A stretch of 64,000 nucleotides of DNA from assembly GCA_020057295.1 (NCBI GenBank), contig JAGVGF010000002.1, forward strand, positions 160,001-224,000. The letters run 5' to 3'. The position numbers and the translations under genes were made by a program. Positions within the stretch are counted from its first letter, which is position 1. Every line of letters begins with the position of its first letter. Below, piece after piece: positions 19,838-32,248 of the stretch. Source of the DNA: an archaeon. Lineage in GTDB: Archaea > Nanobdellota > Nanobdellia > Woesearchaeales > UBA9642. The notes beneath the pieces are model-generated. The model had not been told where the DNA came from, ran no database searches, and saw only the letters and a list, made by a program, of their open reading frames with translations.

Positions 19838-21624
19838 TATACGCCCCAGACAGGATTATCTTTTCTCATAATCTCAGCTATTTCTTTAAGTAATGCGGTT
19901 TCCTCTTTTGATAAGTACTTTGTTAAATTTTTAATTTTTCTAAAATCTGCTTCTGGTATTGCTGAATAGTATATTTCTCCTTCATTAATTTGTCTTCCTA
20001 CTGTTAATCCTGGAAGTGATACGGCTGCCTGTTCTTTCTTTTCTAAAGTTTTGACACTTTCCTTATTTTTCTGTATTTCCTTAACAACTCCTAATACTGT
20101 GCCGTCTCCTTTCATAATATTTGTTCCCGATATTAATTTACCAGTCATCACTTCTACACCAACTATTGCAGGATTACTTGCTCTAAATGTATAATTTTCT
20201 AGATATTCTATCTTGCAAGGTCTTGTTAATCCTTCTAGTTCTTTTTGTTCTAACCTTTTATTTTCTTGTTCTTTCCAATTATCATAGTCTTCTATAAGTT
20301 TATAGATTATATTGCTTGTAAGTATTTTTACTTTATCATTCTTTATTCCAGAATCATCTATTATATTAAATCCTAATATTACCGATTCTGTAGGATCTTT
20401 TTCATAATTACTTTCTGCGTCTGTAATATCTTTTTTTGTAATATTTCCTACTGATGCTTTTCTAATCTTTATGTTTTTATCTTTTAATAATTTTATTAGC
20501 GCTTCTAAACTTCCAATAGTGTCTGCTTTAACAACAATTCCTTCTTTGTCAGTTTCCATTATTACTTCTTCTATCTCTTTTTGTATCTGTAATTTTAATT
20601 CATCAATAATTTTTTGTGGAGTTCCTTGTGGACAACTAATTAATGGCATTCCTGCTATTACTCCTTCTAGTTCTGGCGCACTAACTCTTACACCTGTAGC
20701 GGCATTTATCTCTTTTATTGATTGAAATTTTGTCTTCTTATCACGCATATCGGTTAATGCTTTAGGTTCAAATAACCCTTTAACTTTTGTGATTATTGGT
20801 TTTTCTATTCCGCCAATTATAAGTATGTCATTAACACGCATTATTCCATCGTATAATATTGCATCCATGCATATTCCCATTCCTTCAACATTCTTTATCT
20901 CGAGTATTGTTCCCTTTGCTGGACTGTTGGGTTCTAGATTGCATGTTAAAGTATTTTCTAGATATCTTTGTGTTAATCCTGTCAAAACCATTAATAATTC
21001 TGGTATTCCTAAACCTGTTTTTGCACTGCATGGAACGATTGCTAGCTGTTTCGTATAATCACATCTATCAAATCTTTCTGATTCCATCCCAAATTTTTCG
21101 CTAATGAATGCTACAACCTGATATAGTTTAGATTCTATATCTTGTGATACTTCAAAATTTTGCGCATTAAGGTTATCTAGTAATGTTTTCTGTTTAAAAT
21201 CATCATTCACTCTAAAACCGTTCATTAAATCTATCTTGTTTAATACTATAATAAATGGTGTCTTATAATTTCTTAAGATTTCAAATGCTTCAATGGTTTG
21301 TGGTTTGAATCCTTCATTAATATCAACTACAACGATTGCTATATCTGCAAGGTTTCCTCCACGTTTTCTTAAACTTGTAAATGCTTCGTGTCCTGGAGTA
21401 TCTATAAATAGAAGACCTGGAATAATAAAATCGAATTTAACATTTAGTTTGTCACAAAAATTTTTAAGAACATGTAATGGAACAATACTTGCTCCTATTG
21501 CTTGTGTTATTCCTCCAGCTTCAGTATCAATTATTGTAGTATTTCTAATTCTATCTAGAATGCTACTCTTTCCATGATCAACATGACCAAGGACTGCGAT
21601 TATAGGAGATCTACATTTACTCAT
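19837..21624 (-). CDS. infB: Translation initiation factor aIF5B (IF-2)
   Basis: RSPIIAVLGHVDHGKSS, GGITQAIGA, DTPGHEAF..LR.RGG, NKID. Confidence 0.98.
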   Translation of the reverse strand: MSKCRSPIIAVLGHVDHGKSSILDRIRNTTIIDTEAGGITQAIGASIVPLHVLKNFCDKLNVKFDFIIPGLLFIDTPGHEAFTSLRKRGGNLADIAIVVVDINEGFKPQTIEAFEILRNYKTPFIIVLNKIDLMNGFRVNDDFKQKTLLDNLNAQNFEVSQDIESKLYQVVAFISEKFGMESERFDRCDYTKQLAIVPCSAKTGLGIPELLMVLTGLTQRYLENTLTCNLEPNSPAKGTILEIKNVEGMGICMDAILYDGIMRVNDILIIGGIEKPIITKVKGLFEPKALTDMRDKKTKFQSIKEINAATGVRVSAPELEGVIAGMPLISCPQGTPQKIIDELKLQIQKEIEEVIMETDKEGIVVKADTIGSLEALIKLLKDKNIKIRKASVGNITKKDITDAESNYEKDPTESVILGFNIIDDSGIKNDKVKILTSNIIYKLIEDYDNWKEQENKRLEQKELEGLTRPCKIEYLENYTFRASNPAIVGVEVMTGKLISGTNIMKGDGTVLGVVKEIQKNKESVKTLEKKEQAAVSLPGLTVGRQINEGEIYYSAIPEADFRKIKNLTKYLSKEETALLKEIAEIMRKDNPVWGV

Positions 21625-21657
21625 ACTTGTTGGATAGAATAAGGTTTTTTAAAGGTA

Positions 21658-22827
21658 ATGGTTAAACAACTTTTTAAATCAATATACGCTACAATAATTA
21701 TGAATATACTCTCAGAAGGCAAGGCAAAGTTTTATGCTTCTCAAGATAAATCAGGAAAAATTAGTAAAGAGCTTGAAGTATTCTATAATCCTCTTATGAA
21801 ATTTAATCGTGATGTCTCTGTACTTTTGCTTAATTCAGTGTATGGATCTGGTGACATTAAAAGTATTCAAATTGCAGATATAATGGCAGGTTCTGGTGTT
21901 AGAAGTTTAAGATTTTTGCTTGAGTTAAAAAAAGGTATAATAAAAAATATAACTGTAAATGATTATGATACAAATTTCACAAAATTATTTGAAAAAAATT
22001 TGAATTTAAACAAGATAAAAATTAGTGAAGATATAATTTTAAAAAGTGAAGATGCTAACAAATTGTTATTAGACTCTGTTGGCTTTGATTATATTGATAT
22101 TGACCCTTTTGGGAGCCCTAATGATTTTCTAGAAACAAGCATAGTTAGGCTTTCAAGGAATGGAATACTTGCTGTTACTGCTACCGATACTGCTCCATTA
22201 TCTGGAACTTATCCCGATGCATGTCTAAGAAAATATTGGGCAAAGCCGCTTAGAAACTATTTAATGCACGAAGTGGGATTAAGAATATTAATAAGAAAAA
22301 TTCAACTTATAGGAGCAGATCATGATAAAGCGTTAATCCCTATATATTCCTACTTCAAAGATCATTATAATAGGATATTTTTCAAATGTATCAAGGGAAA
22401 AAAAGCGGTTGATGAAATACTTAAGATGCATAAATATATGCTTTATTGTAATCATTGTTTAAGGTACGATGTTTCAGAGTTTAATAATTATAAATGTGAA
22501 TGTGGAAGTTTGATGATATATTCCGGCCCATTATTTACTGGAACATTATGGGACAAGAATTTGGCTGAACAAATATTTAAGGCAAATAAAGAAGAGAATA
22601 ATATTAAATTTTTAGAGACTATCTATCAAGAATCTTCTTTAGGTTTAGGGTTCTATGATATTCATAACTTATGTAAAAAATTCAAAGATGAAATTCCTAG
22701 TTTTGAAAAATTGATTTCTGAAATAAGAAAGAAAAATTATGTTGCTACAAGAACGCATTTTACTCCTCTAGGTTTGAAGACAAACATGCCTGTAGATGAA
22801 TTGTTAAAATTGATAGAAAAAAGTTAA
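21658..22827 (+). CDS. trm1: tRNA (guanine26-N2)-dimethyltransferase (start may be 21700)
   Basis: VFYNP.M..NRD, AGSGVRSLR, IDIDPFGSP, VTATD, HEVGLRIL, GPL..G.L. Confidence 0.95.
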   Translation: MVKQLFKSIYATIIMNILSEGKAKFYASQDKSGKISKELEVFYNPLMKFNRDVSVLLLNSVYGSGDIKSIQIADIMAGSGVRSLRFLLELKKGIIKNITVNDYDTNFTKLFEKNLNLNKIKISEDIILKSEDANKLLLDSVGFDYIDIDPFGSPNDFLETSIVRLSRNGILAVTATDTAPLSGTYPDACLRKYWAKPLRNYLMHEVGLRILIRKIQLIGADHDKALIPIYSYFKDHYNRIFFKCIKGKKAVDEILKMHKYMLYCNHCLRYDVSEFNNYKCECGSLMIYSGPLFTGTLWDKNLAEQIFKANKEENNIKFLETIYQESSLGLGFYDIHNLCKKFKDEIPSFEKLISEIRKKNYVATRTHFTPLGLKTNMPVDELLKLIEKS

Positions 22828-22865
22828 TAATTATAAAAATTATTTTCTGATTTAGAATTCAAGAT

Positions 22866-23144
22866 TTATCCGATTATTCTTCTAATGTCTGAAAGTTCAA
22901 CTGATTGAACTCCTTCGATTCCAGAGATTTGTGCTTCTAAAGCATCTGTTCCGCCTAATTTTTCATCCATCAAGAATGTTATACTTACAGATTTTAATCC
23001 AAAAGCTACTGGTTGTACATCTACTTTTTTCTGTCTTTCATCTGAGAATGCTGTTATTAACTTTAATGCCTCATCTTCTATATGCTTCAAGTCTATATCT
23101 GGACTCTCAGGCATTATTTTTAATGTCGCTATTGCTGTACCCAT
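22866..23144 (-). CDS. ef1b: Elongation factor 1-beta
   Basis: KIMPESPDIDL, PVAFGLK, GGTD.LE. Confidence 0.95.
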   Translation of the reverse strand: MGTAIATLKIMPESPDIDLKHIEDEALKLITAFSDERQKKVDVQPVAFGLKSVSITFLMDEKLGGTDALEAQISGIEGVQSVELSDIRRIIG

Positions 23145-23185
23145 TTTTTACCTCTTAATATATGATTTTATAGAATATCAATTAT

Positions 23186-23353
23186 CTAGTTTGGTCCTTC
23201 AAATCCGCACTCTGGACACTTATATTTTGCAACTATTTCTCTGCATTTTCCACAGCGTGCTATTTCGTGTTTGCCACAATTAGGGCACATGAATTTTACT
23301 GCACCTTTATTGTTTGTTAATGATACTTTACAAGTTATACATTTATCTGCCAT
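23186..23353 (-). CDS. Zinc-ribbon microprotein (DUF1610/HVO_2753-like), 55 aa (not in ORF track)
   Basis: MADKCITC...FMCPNCG...RCGKCR....YKCPECGFEGPN; usual position upstream of aEF-1beta. Confidence 0.92.
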   Translation of the reverse strand: MADKCITCKVSLTNNKGAVKFMCPNCGKHEIARCGKCREIVAKYKCPECGFEGPN

Positions 23354-23454
23354 ATTAATCACAGTAAAAGGAATTTTAGGGTATTTATAAATCTTATTTT
23401 TTTACTGACTGCCTTATAGTTCAATATGATTTATACAAGTGTATCTTAGAATGC

Positions 23455-24279
23455 TTAAAGTTGAACGATTATAGATTTGTGTTTACCTTCGATTTCTGTT
23501 ATTTCCTTCTTAATTTTTTCAATATGTTTATTCGCTTCTATTTCTCCTTTCTTCATTAATTCTGTTAAATCGTCAAATTCCATAACTCCGTGATATTCTA
23601 TATCTGGTTTAATGAGCGTGTAGGGTACACTGCATCCTTCTAAACTTTTTTCAACTATCACGCGTTGCATTGTGAGTGATGCTTGTAATACAACATCTTT
23701 AAAATTGCTATCTTCATTAATTTTGATGTTTTGTTTAGAAACATCCACAAGTATGAGATAATCTACATCTGTTAATAGGTTGAATGGTAATGGATTAACA
23801 ACTCCTCCATCTACACATATATTGCCATTAATTTTTCTTGTCGTAAAAAATCCTGGATATGATAAAGAAGCCATTACTGCGGGAACTAATGGTCCACTGC
23901 CGAATATTATCTCTCTTTGACTAACTATGTCTGTGGCGTTTATAAAAAGTGGTATCTTTAAATCTTCAAATTTGAAAACTTTTTTTGGACTGTCGTTGAA
24001 ATATTCTGAGATATATTTTTCTAATTTTTGACCTTTAATCAGTCCTTTTGTTGAGAATGAATAATCATATATATCTTTTTTTCCTTTGATTTTTATAAGT
24101 AATTGTTCTATAGCTTCAGGATCTGGATCATGTGCATAACATGCACCTATTAATGCACCTATACTACATCCAGCAATAGTATGTACTTGAATATTATGTT
24201 TTTTTAAAACTTTTAATGCTCCAAGTTCTGCAAAACCTCTTGCTCCTCCACCGCTTAAAACCAATCCTATCTTGACCAT
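23455..24279 (-). CDS. Patatin-like phospholipase
   Basis: LSGGGARG, GCSIG, DGG motifs. Confidence 0.93.
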   Translation of the reverse strand: MVKIGLVLSGGGARGFAELGALKVLKKHNIQVHTIAGCSIGALIGACYAHDPDPEAIEQLLIKIKGKKDIYDYSFSTKGLIKGQKLEKYISEYFNDSPKKVFKFEDLKIPLFINATDIVSQREIIFGSGPLVPAVMASLSYPGFFTTRKINGNICVDGGVVNPLPFNLLTDVDYLILVDVSKQNIKINEDSNFKDVVLQASLTMQRVIVEKSLEGCSVPYTLIKPDIEYHGVMEFDDLTELMKKGEIEANKHIEKIKKEITEIEGKHKSIIVQL

Positions 24280-24328
24280 GTTACACTATCAGATATTTGT
24301 ATATATAAATTATTTGAATTATATTTTT

Positions 24329-24910
24329 TTACAATCCTATAATCTTCCATAATCCGCTAAATACTGTAAATCCATCAAACATTGGTATTGGAAGCATGTT
24401 GAATATGAACAAGAATAAGTTTATATTTTTTGTTAGCGTCCAGAATTGTATGTGTTTTATTTTCAACTTTTTATTATATTTTAATACCAGATATCCTGTT
24501 ATAAATAATATTAGATTAATTCCTGGACCTGCAAATGCTATTAGTGTCTGCTGTAATGCCGTAGCACTACCGCTTATACTTACATATGCTGGCACGAAGA
24601 ATATGAATGGAAAACTTACAAGTTTTAATATTACTGCAAGTATTAACCAGAAATATGCTGCGTTAAAAACTGCGTCGAGTCCAAAACTTAATGCAGTAAT
24701 TTTGTGTCCTATCTCGTGTATTATGATTGCTGGCGCTGTTACCATTGCTGCAAACCAGAATGCGTGCCAATCAAATCCTTTATTTTTCTTAAGATATTTT
24801 TCTAAAATGTCTTCATTAGTTTTAATAGGTTTAAATGCGTCCATGAACACAAATCCGATAGCAAAAACCATTAGTATCGCATCGAATATTTCCATTGGTG
24901 ATATGAACAT
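24329..24910 (-). CDS. Site-2 protease family (M50) membrane metalloprotease
   Basis: HEIGH, AGPGIN, FNMLPIPMFDG. Confidence 0.92.
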   Translation of the reverse strand: MFISPMEIFDAILMVFAIGFVFMDAFKPIKTNEDILEKYLKKNKGFDWHAFWFAAMVTAPAIIIHEIGHKITALSFGLDAVFNAAYFWLILAVILKLVSFPFIFFVPAYVSISGSATALQQTLIAFAGPGINLILFITGYLVLKYNKKLKIKHIQFWTLTKNINLFLFIFNMLPIPMFDGFTVFSGLWKIIGL

Positions 24911-24953
24911 AGTATGATAGAATTGTTACTCATTTTTAAATATTTCTAATGTA

Positions 24954-26258
24954 TTATTTCTTATCTACAATCTTATACACTTGATCGTTCTTTCGAACTT
25001 TTTGAGAAACTTTTAGTCCAATTGTTAGTCCTTTCTTTGTCTTGTCTACAAATCCTTTTTCATCTTTCATTTCTGTAACCGTTGATTCGTAATGTCCTGT
25101 TGTTGGTCCATGAATAATTATTGAGTCGCCTTTTGATATTGCATTATCTTCAATAAGTATTTCTGCAACATTTATTTTAGGATAATAATTTAGAATTTTA
25201 CCCACATAAATCTTTATCTTTGTGGCTTCGCCTGTTCTAGAACTTGACCATTCATTCAAAGGTTTTCCTAGATAAAATCCTTTGGAAAATCCTCTGTTAA
25301 ATACTGTTTTTAGTTTTTCTAGATTAGATTTCTTTAATTCCTCAAATTTTTGGTCCTTGCCGTTTTCTAAATAATAATCTATAACTTCTCTATATGCTTT
25401 TACCGTAGTATATACATAATCTGGTGTTCTGTTTCTTCCTTCGATTTTGAATGATACAATTCCTGAATCTATTAATTGCTCTATAAATTCTAATGTACAC
25501 ATGTCCTTTGGACTGATTACAGCATCTTCTCCTAGTAAAAATTCATTATCTTTATCTAATGAGTCTGATGATGATATTCTATACTGTTTGTTTTCATTAG
25601 GATTTTGTTCATAAACCTTGTAATTTCTTCTACATGGTTGTAAACACTCGCCACGATTTGCACTTTTACCAAATAAATGGTGGCTAAGCATGCATCTTCC
25701 TGATACTGAAACACACATTGCGCCATGAATAAATGTTTCAATTTCAACATCCAATTTATCTTTCTTAATTTTCTTGATTATTTCTTTAATATCATCAAGT
25801 GAACATTCTCTTGCGAGAACTACTCGTTTTAATGTAGGAATATTTTTCTTGAAGAATTTTATAGATTCATAATTGCTTATAGAATTTTGTGTTGAAAGAT
25901 GTGTTTCAATCTTATACTTGACGCATAATTGTATTACTGACATATCCCAACAGATTATTGCATCAACACCAGCATTCTTTGCAGCTTTTACAACTTTCTC
26001 CGTCTCTTTTAACTCTTTATCATATATTATGATATTTAACGCTAGAAACGCTTTAACGCCTGTTTTATGACATATGCTAACAATTTTTTTTAGATCTTGA
26101 AGTGTAAAATTTCTTGCAGTTGCACGCATATTAAATCCTTTAATCCCAAAATATACTTCATCGCATCCAGCATCAATTGCTGCTTGAAGTGTAGTAAAAT
26201 CATTAATTGGGGCAAGAATCTTAGGTTTAATAGATTTAATCTTATTAGTTTTAGTCAT
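24954..26258 (-). CDS. Peptidase U32 family protein (TrhP/RlhA-like Fe-S hydroxylation protein)
   Basis: G.DEVYFG, HLSTQ, RVVLARE, HGAMCVSVSGRC, NRGECLQPCR, KIEGR. Confidence 0.93.
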   Translation of the reverse strand: MTKTNKIKSIKPKILAPINDFTTLQAAIDAGCDEVYFGIKGFNMRATARNFTLQDLKKIVSICHKTGVKAFLALNIIIYDKELKETEKVVKAAKNAGVDAIICWDMSVIQLCVKYKIETHLSTQNSISNYESIKFFKKNIPTLKRVVLARECSLDDIKEIIKKIKKDKLDVEIETFIHGAMCVSVSGRCMLSHHLFGKSANRGECLQPCRRNYKVYEQNPNENKQYRISSSDSLDKDNEFLLGEDAVISPKDMCTLEFIEQLIDSGIVSFKIEGRNRTPDYVYTTVKAYREVIDYYLENGKDQKFEELKKSNLEKLKTVFNRGFSKGFYLGKPLNEWSSSRTGEATKIKIYVGKILNYYPKINVAEILIEDNAISKGDSIIIHGPTTGHYESTVTEMKDEKGFVDKTKKGLTIGLKVSQKVRKNDQVYKIVDKK

Positions 26259-26295
26259 GTTCGTAGAATTGATTTACAGAATAAAAAATTAACGT

Positions 26296-26436
26296 TTATT
26301 CAACGTCCTTTAATCCAAGTTCTTTACGAACGCAGTGTGCTATAAAGTCTTCGTGAGTCTCGAATTTCTTATCTATCTTGATTTTTTTGTCTACAGCTTT
26401 ATTCAATTCAAGATTTTCGCCTTGTTCAAACTTCAT
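26296..26436 (-). CDS. 46-aa microprotein, possibly RHH-like helices (not in ORF track)
   Basis: MKFEQGENLELNKAVDKKIKIDKKFETHEDFIAHCVRKELGLKDVE; AGGTGA SD; lies between gyrB and the U32 gene on the same strand. Confidence 0.65.
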   Translation of the reverse strand: MKFEQGENLELNKAVDKKIKIDKKFETHEDFIAHCVRKELGLKDVE

Positions 26437-26489
26437 TTTTTCACCTTTATTATTTGTATAAACTATATTTTTGAGACTTTACTATTATT

Positions 26490-28466
<1,977 letters not shown>

Positions 28467-28959
28467 TCATAAATTTTTACAATAAAATCTCGACTAAAAA
28501 TTATATAATTGAAGAAGCTATATTTGTTTATAAATGTTGTTGTTGACTTTTTTGATATCTGTCGTCGAGAAAAATTGTTGTTAAATGTTTTTAATTGTTA
28601 TTTTATTAGACAGATTTATTTATTTTTATTACTTAGTTTCAGTATTTTTATCTTATTCACATGTTATTTATTTTTTTGATTAGTGATTATTTTTATTTTA
28701 TTATTTCTGATTTTATTTTTATTTTTTTCAATAATTTTTTATATTATTTTGTAAAACAATACTAAATAATCTGTTTTTTAATTTTTTTTTAATAGACGAG
28801 AAATTTCTTTATAAATATTTTTTATGGTTTTAATTAATATTTTCAGTCGATATTTTAAATAAGAAACTATTTAAATGAGTTCCCTTATAAAGTATTTCAT
28901 AAAACATTAAAAACGTTTTTGATAACTAAAATATTTTTTTAACAAACAAAAAATCTAAA

Positions 28960-29058
28960 ATGTCTTACGATAAAAAAATTTTGCGTGATGAATCGAACGT
29001 CAAGGGAGACCCTTGGTATAATCTTAAGTCATATTTCTCCGATGGTGATGATGAGTGA
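28960..29058 (+). CDS. 32-aa peptide translationally coupled to the ATP-grasp gene (not in ORF track)
   Basis: MSYDKKILRDESNVKGDPWYNLKSYFSDGDDE; its TGA overlaps the GTG start at 29055 (GTGA). Confidence 0.5.
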   Translation: MSYDKKILRDESNVKGDPWYNLKSYFSDGDDE

Positions 29059-30194
29059 AGGTTGCAATTCTTTCTAATTTATTCAAAAAAGAATCCGACT
29101 TCAAAGAAGTTGAAGATGACTTAATGGAAGTTGGTAATGCTGTGAAAGATGCTTTAGAGAAAGCAGGTCATCAGACAGTGTTTTTTGACGTCAATGAAAC
29201 TACTTTTGAGCAATTACGTAATTCTGATGTAGAATTCGCATTTAATGTATGTGAAAGATTTAACGGCTCAAGTTTGTTTGAACCACACATTGCATCAATG
29301 CTTGAGTTATTGAATATTCCTTACACTGGTTCAGGCCCATTAACTTTAGCAACATGCATTAATAAAGTAAGAGTTAAAGAGATTCTTATGCATCATGGTA
29401 TTTTAACTCCTAACTATCAAGTATTTTATTCTAGGAACAAGAAATTAGATCCAGAATTAAAATTTCCGCTAATCGTGAAACCTGTATGTATGGACAATAG
29501 TATAGGTATAACTAATGAAGCAGTTGTTCACAATGAAGAAGATTTAAAGAGTAGAATAAGTTATATTTTAAGAACTTATGATCAACCTGCATTAGTTGAA
29601 GAATTCATCGATGGCAAAGAAATAACTGTAGGCGTTTTAGGAAATGGAAGAACTGCAACAGTTTTACCTCCAGCAGAAGTTGTTTTCAAAGATTGGCCTA
29701 CCGACGATAAAATATATAGTTACGAAGCAAAATGGCTCAAAGATACTGATGCATGGACAGGAGTTTCTGTAATGTGTCCGGCTGATCTGCAAAAATATCA
29801 AGAATATAGAATAAAGAGGATAGCACTTCAAGTTTATAGTATTTTAGGATGTAGGGACTATGGAAGAATAGATTTTAGATTAAGTAAAGAAGGTGTTCCT
29901 TATGTTTTGGAATTAAATCCTAATCCAGGAATAAGTCCTGAACTAAGCATTGAAGAACAACCAGACTTTATACCTTTATCTGCTTCCAAGAGCGGTATGA
30001 GTTATGATGAGTTAATATTAAAAATATTTAATGAAGCACTCGACAGAAACAATTTAACAATAAAAATTATGCCTATTCCAAAAACTATAAGCACTGAAAA
30101 TGGTAAAGTTAAAGTCGCTCCTGAAGTAACTGTTCAAGTTGAACAATCCAAACCTAAAGAAAGAACAAAGATTGATCCAGATATAGTGTTATAA
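29055..30194 (+). CDS. D-Ala-D-Ala-ligase-like ATP-grasp amide ligase (non-canonical subfamily)
   Basis: IPYTGS, FPLIVKP, SIGI, VEEFIDG.E, YSYEAKW, GRIDFR, LELNPNPG. Confidence 0.9.
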   Translation: MKVAILSNLFKKESDFKEVEDDLMEVGNAVKDALEKAGHQTVFFDVNETTFEQLRNSDVEFAFNVCERFNGSSLFEPHIASMLELLNIPYTGSGPLTLATCINKVRVKEILMHHGILTPNYQVFYSRNKKLDPELKFPLIVKPVCMDNSIGITNEAVVHNEEDLKSRISYILRTYDQPALVEEFIDGKEITVGVLGNGRTATVLPPAEVVFKDWPTDDKIYSYEAKWLKDTDAWTGVSVMCPADLQKYQEYRIKRIALQVYSILGCRDYGRIDFRLSKEGVPYVLELNPNPGISPELSIEEQPDFIPLSASKSGMSYDELILKIFNEALDRNNLTIKIMPIPKTISTENGKVKVAPEVTVQVEQSKPKERTKIDPDIVL

Positions 30195-30228
30195 GTATGA
30201 TAAAATTTATATTTCTACGATAGTTGGT

Positions 30229-31143
30229 GTGGGTATGCAGATAATTACTGATACAAATAATAGCAAGGATATTATTAATAGAGTAATTAGTAAGCATGGA
30301 TGTGCTGCAGAACATAATTACTATTGTTACATATATGGTATTGAACCTTGGGAAAAACCATATTCAATGATTTTTGATGATGATATAGGAATACTTGCAA
30401 AGTATGATACTTCTGACAATGACTATTATGTTTTTACGGAGATACTTGCGCCTGTTGATAAGAAAGTCGAAGTTTTAAGAAAATTTTTAGATAATGTATT
30501 TTCTCAAGAAAAAAAGCCTAGAAAAGTATGGGTTGAATTAGAAACGCCAACAAGAAAACTTGTTGTAAAATCCTTGAAAAATTCTAATTATAAGTGTAAT
30601 AAGATAAATTATACTTTAGTATGGCCTGTGTTTGAAATGGACGAATGGAATGGAGATTTAATGCAAGGTGGCGAATGGAAGGATATGCGTTATTATTGGA
30701 ATAAATTTTTTAAAGAACATAAAGTAGAATTTGTGACTGCGGACAAGGTTAGTAAAGATGAACTCAAACAATTAGTTCATAATTGGAAAAAGAATAGAAC
30801 TACTGGCGACAGGGCATATATTGATTATTATATTCATGCTATTGATACAGGTTTTGCAGGTTATGATGTTAACAGGATAATGGTTGTTGATGGTAAAGCT
30901 GCAGCGATTAGTGCAGGATTCAAGCCAAGAGAAGGTTATTATTATTCTAGCATAGGATTATATGATAAAAACATTGATCGTAGCAACGAAGTGTCTAATA
31001 TGGATGATTTAATCAATCTTAAAAAATTGGGCTATAAAATTGTAGATTTTGGTGGCGTAGAAAATAAATCTTTAGAATTTAAGAAAAAATTTAGGCCCAC
31101 AAGATTTTATAAAACTCACATATTCTCAATACAATTAAAATGA
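30229..31143 (+). CDS. DUF2156/FemAB-like double-GNAT protein (putative aminoacyl-tRNA-dependent transferase)
   Basis: G..WKDMR...NKF, VVDGK..A, GYK.VDFGG....L.FKKKFRP. Confidence 0.65.
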   Translation: MGMQIITDTNNSKDIINRVISKHGCAAEHNYYCYIYGIEPWEKPYSMIFDDDIGILAKYDTSDNDYYVFTEILAPVDKKVEVLRKFLDNVFSQEKKPRKVWVELETPTRKLVVKSLKNSNYKCNKINYTLVWPVFEMDEWNGDLMQGGEWKDMRYYWNKFFKEHKVEFVTADKVSKDELKQLVHNWKKNRTTGDRAYIDYYIHAIDTGFAGYDVNRIMVVDGKAAAISAGFKPREGYYYSSIGLYDKNIDRSNEVSNMDDLINLKKLGYKIVDFGGVENKSLEFKKKFRPTRFYKTHIFSIQLK

Positions 31144-31625
31144 TTACTATACGACGTTCTAAACCAAAAAATTTTCTTGTTATAAAAAATTCTGTTATAG
31201 CAGTAGAAAATGCATCCTTCGAGAAAGATGTAAGATTTGTATATGAAGATAAAGATTTTGATAATTTCGAATTAGAAACAGGTTTATGTTATATTATTCT
31301 TGACGGAAAGAAAATTATTGGTTATATCATGGCCGGCCCAGTTGAGAATGATTCTAGATACAAAAAGAGTAAGTATTGGAATACTAAAACAGTCCATCTC
31401 GATAGTATTGCTATTCATCCAAAATATCAAGGCAAAGGAATCGGTGTAAAGGCGATGAACAAATTACTATCTGATTCCAAAAAACGCGGTTTCAAGAGAA
31501 TTATTCTTGATGCTACTTCTTCAGGAATGTATAAACTTGCATTAAAGTATGATTTTAGTGTTGTTCGTCATTACAAGAAGTGGGAAGGCAATCGAGAAAA
31601 CTATTTTATGGAAAAAGTTTTATAA
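31140..31625 (+). CDS. GNAT acetyltransferase
   Basis: SIAIHPKYQGKGIG motif A; ATGA overlap with the previous gene. Confidence 0.9.
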   Translation: MITIRRSKPKNFLVIKNSVIAVENASFEKDVRFVYEDKDFDNFELETGLCYIILDGKKIIGYIMAGPVENDSRYKKSKYWNTKTVHLDSIAIHPKYQGKGIGVKAMNKLLSDSKKRGFKRIILDATSSGMYKLALKYDFSVVRHYKKWEGNRENYFMEKVL

Positions 31626-31673
31626 GGTTTTTAAAAGATTAAAAAATAAAAATAATATGTTACAATTCTAAAC

Positions 31674-32240
31674 TTACTGTATTGTTATCTTCTTAATAAG
31701 AATTGGTGTTGATGGTCTATCTTGTGAATTTCTTTGAACCATGCTTATCTTATCAACAATATCTTGTCCCTTAACAACTTGACCAAAGATTGCATGTTTT
31801 CCATCAAGCCATGGTGTTGGAACCGTTGTTATGAAGAATTGACTTCCACCAGTATTTGGTCCAGCATTTGCCATTGATAATCTTCCTGACTGATTATGTT
31901 TTAATCCTGGTCCGAATTCATCTTTAATCATATAACCTGGTCCACCAGTTCCATCGCCTTTAGGATCTCCTGTTTGTACCATGAAGTTTGGTATTACTCT
32001 ATGAAATGTTACGTTGTTGTAATATCCGCTTTGTGATAATTTGATAAAGTTTGCCGTGGTGTTAGGTGCTTTATCTTCGTAAAGTTCTGCTTCTACAGTT
32101 CCCATACTAGTTTCTATAATTGCATGTCTGTTCATTTTTGTTTCCTCCCCTGTATTGTTATTTTTAGAATTTACACATCCGGCAATTATAAACATGCCGG
32201 AAAACAATATTATTATCCATAAAGCATTTGTTTTTTTCAT
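31674..32240 (-). CDS. Cyclophilin-type peptidyl-prolyl isomerase with lipoprotein-like signal (IIAGC)
   Basis: [49 protein letters not shown]; ATG at 32240 after an AGGTGA SD. Confidence 0.93.
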   Translation of the reverse strand: MKKTNALWIIILFSGMFIIAGCVNSKNNNTGEETKMNRHAIIETSMGTVEAELYEDKAPNTTANFIKLSQSGYYNNVTFHRVIPNFMVQTGDPKGDGTGGPGYMIKDEFGPGLKHNQSGRLSMANAGPNTGGSQFFITTVPTPWLDGKHAIFGQVVKGQDIVDKISMVQRNSQDRPSTPILIKKITIQ

Positions 32241-32248
32241 TTTTTCAC

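Noticed and set aside
28985-29054. GTGATGA motifs as C/D-box sRNA
   Set aside because: No properly placed CTGA D box; the second motif is explained by the ligase SD
29055-30194. True ddl for peptidoglycan synthesis
   Set aside because: Archaeal context, no mur genes, and ELNPNPG rather than the E.NT.PG of canonical Ddl
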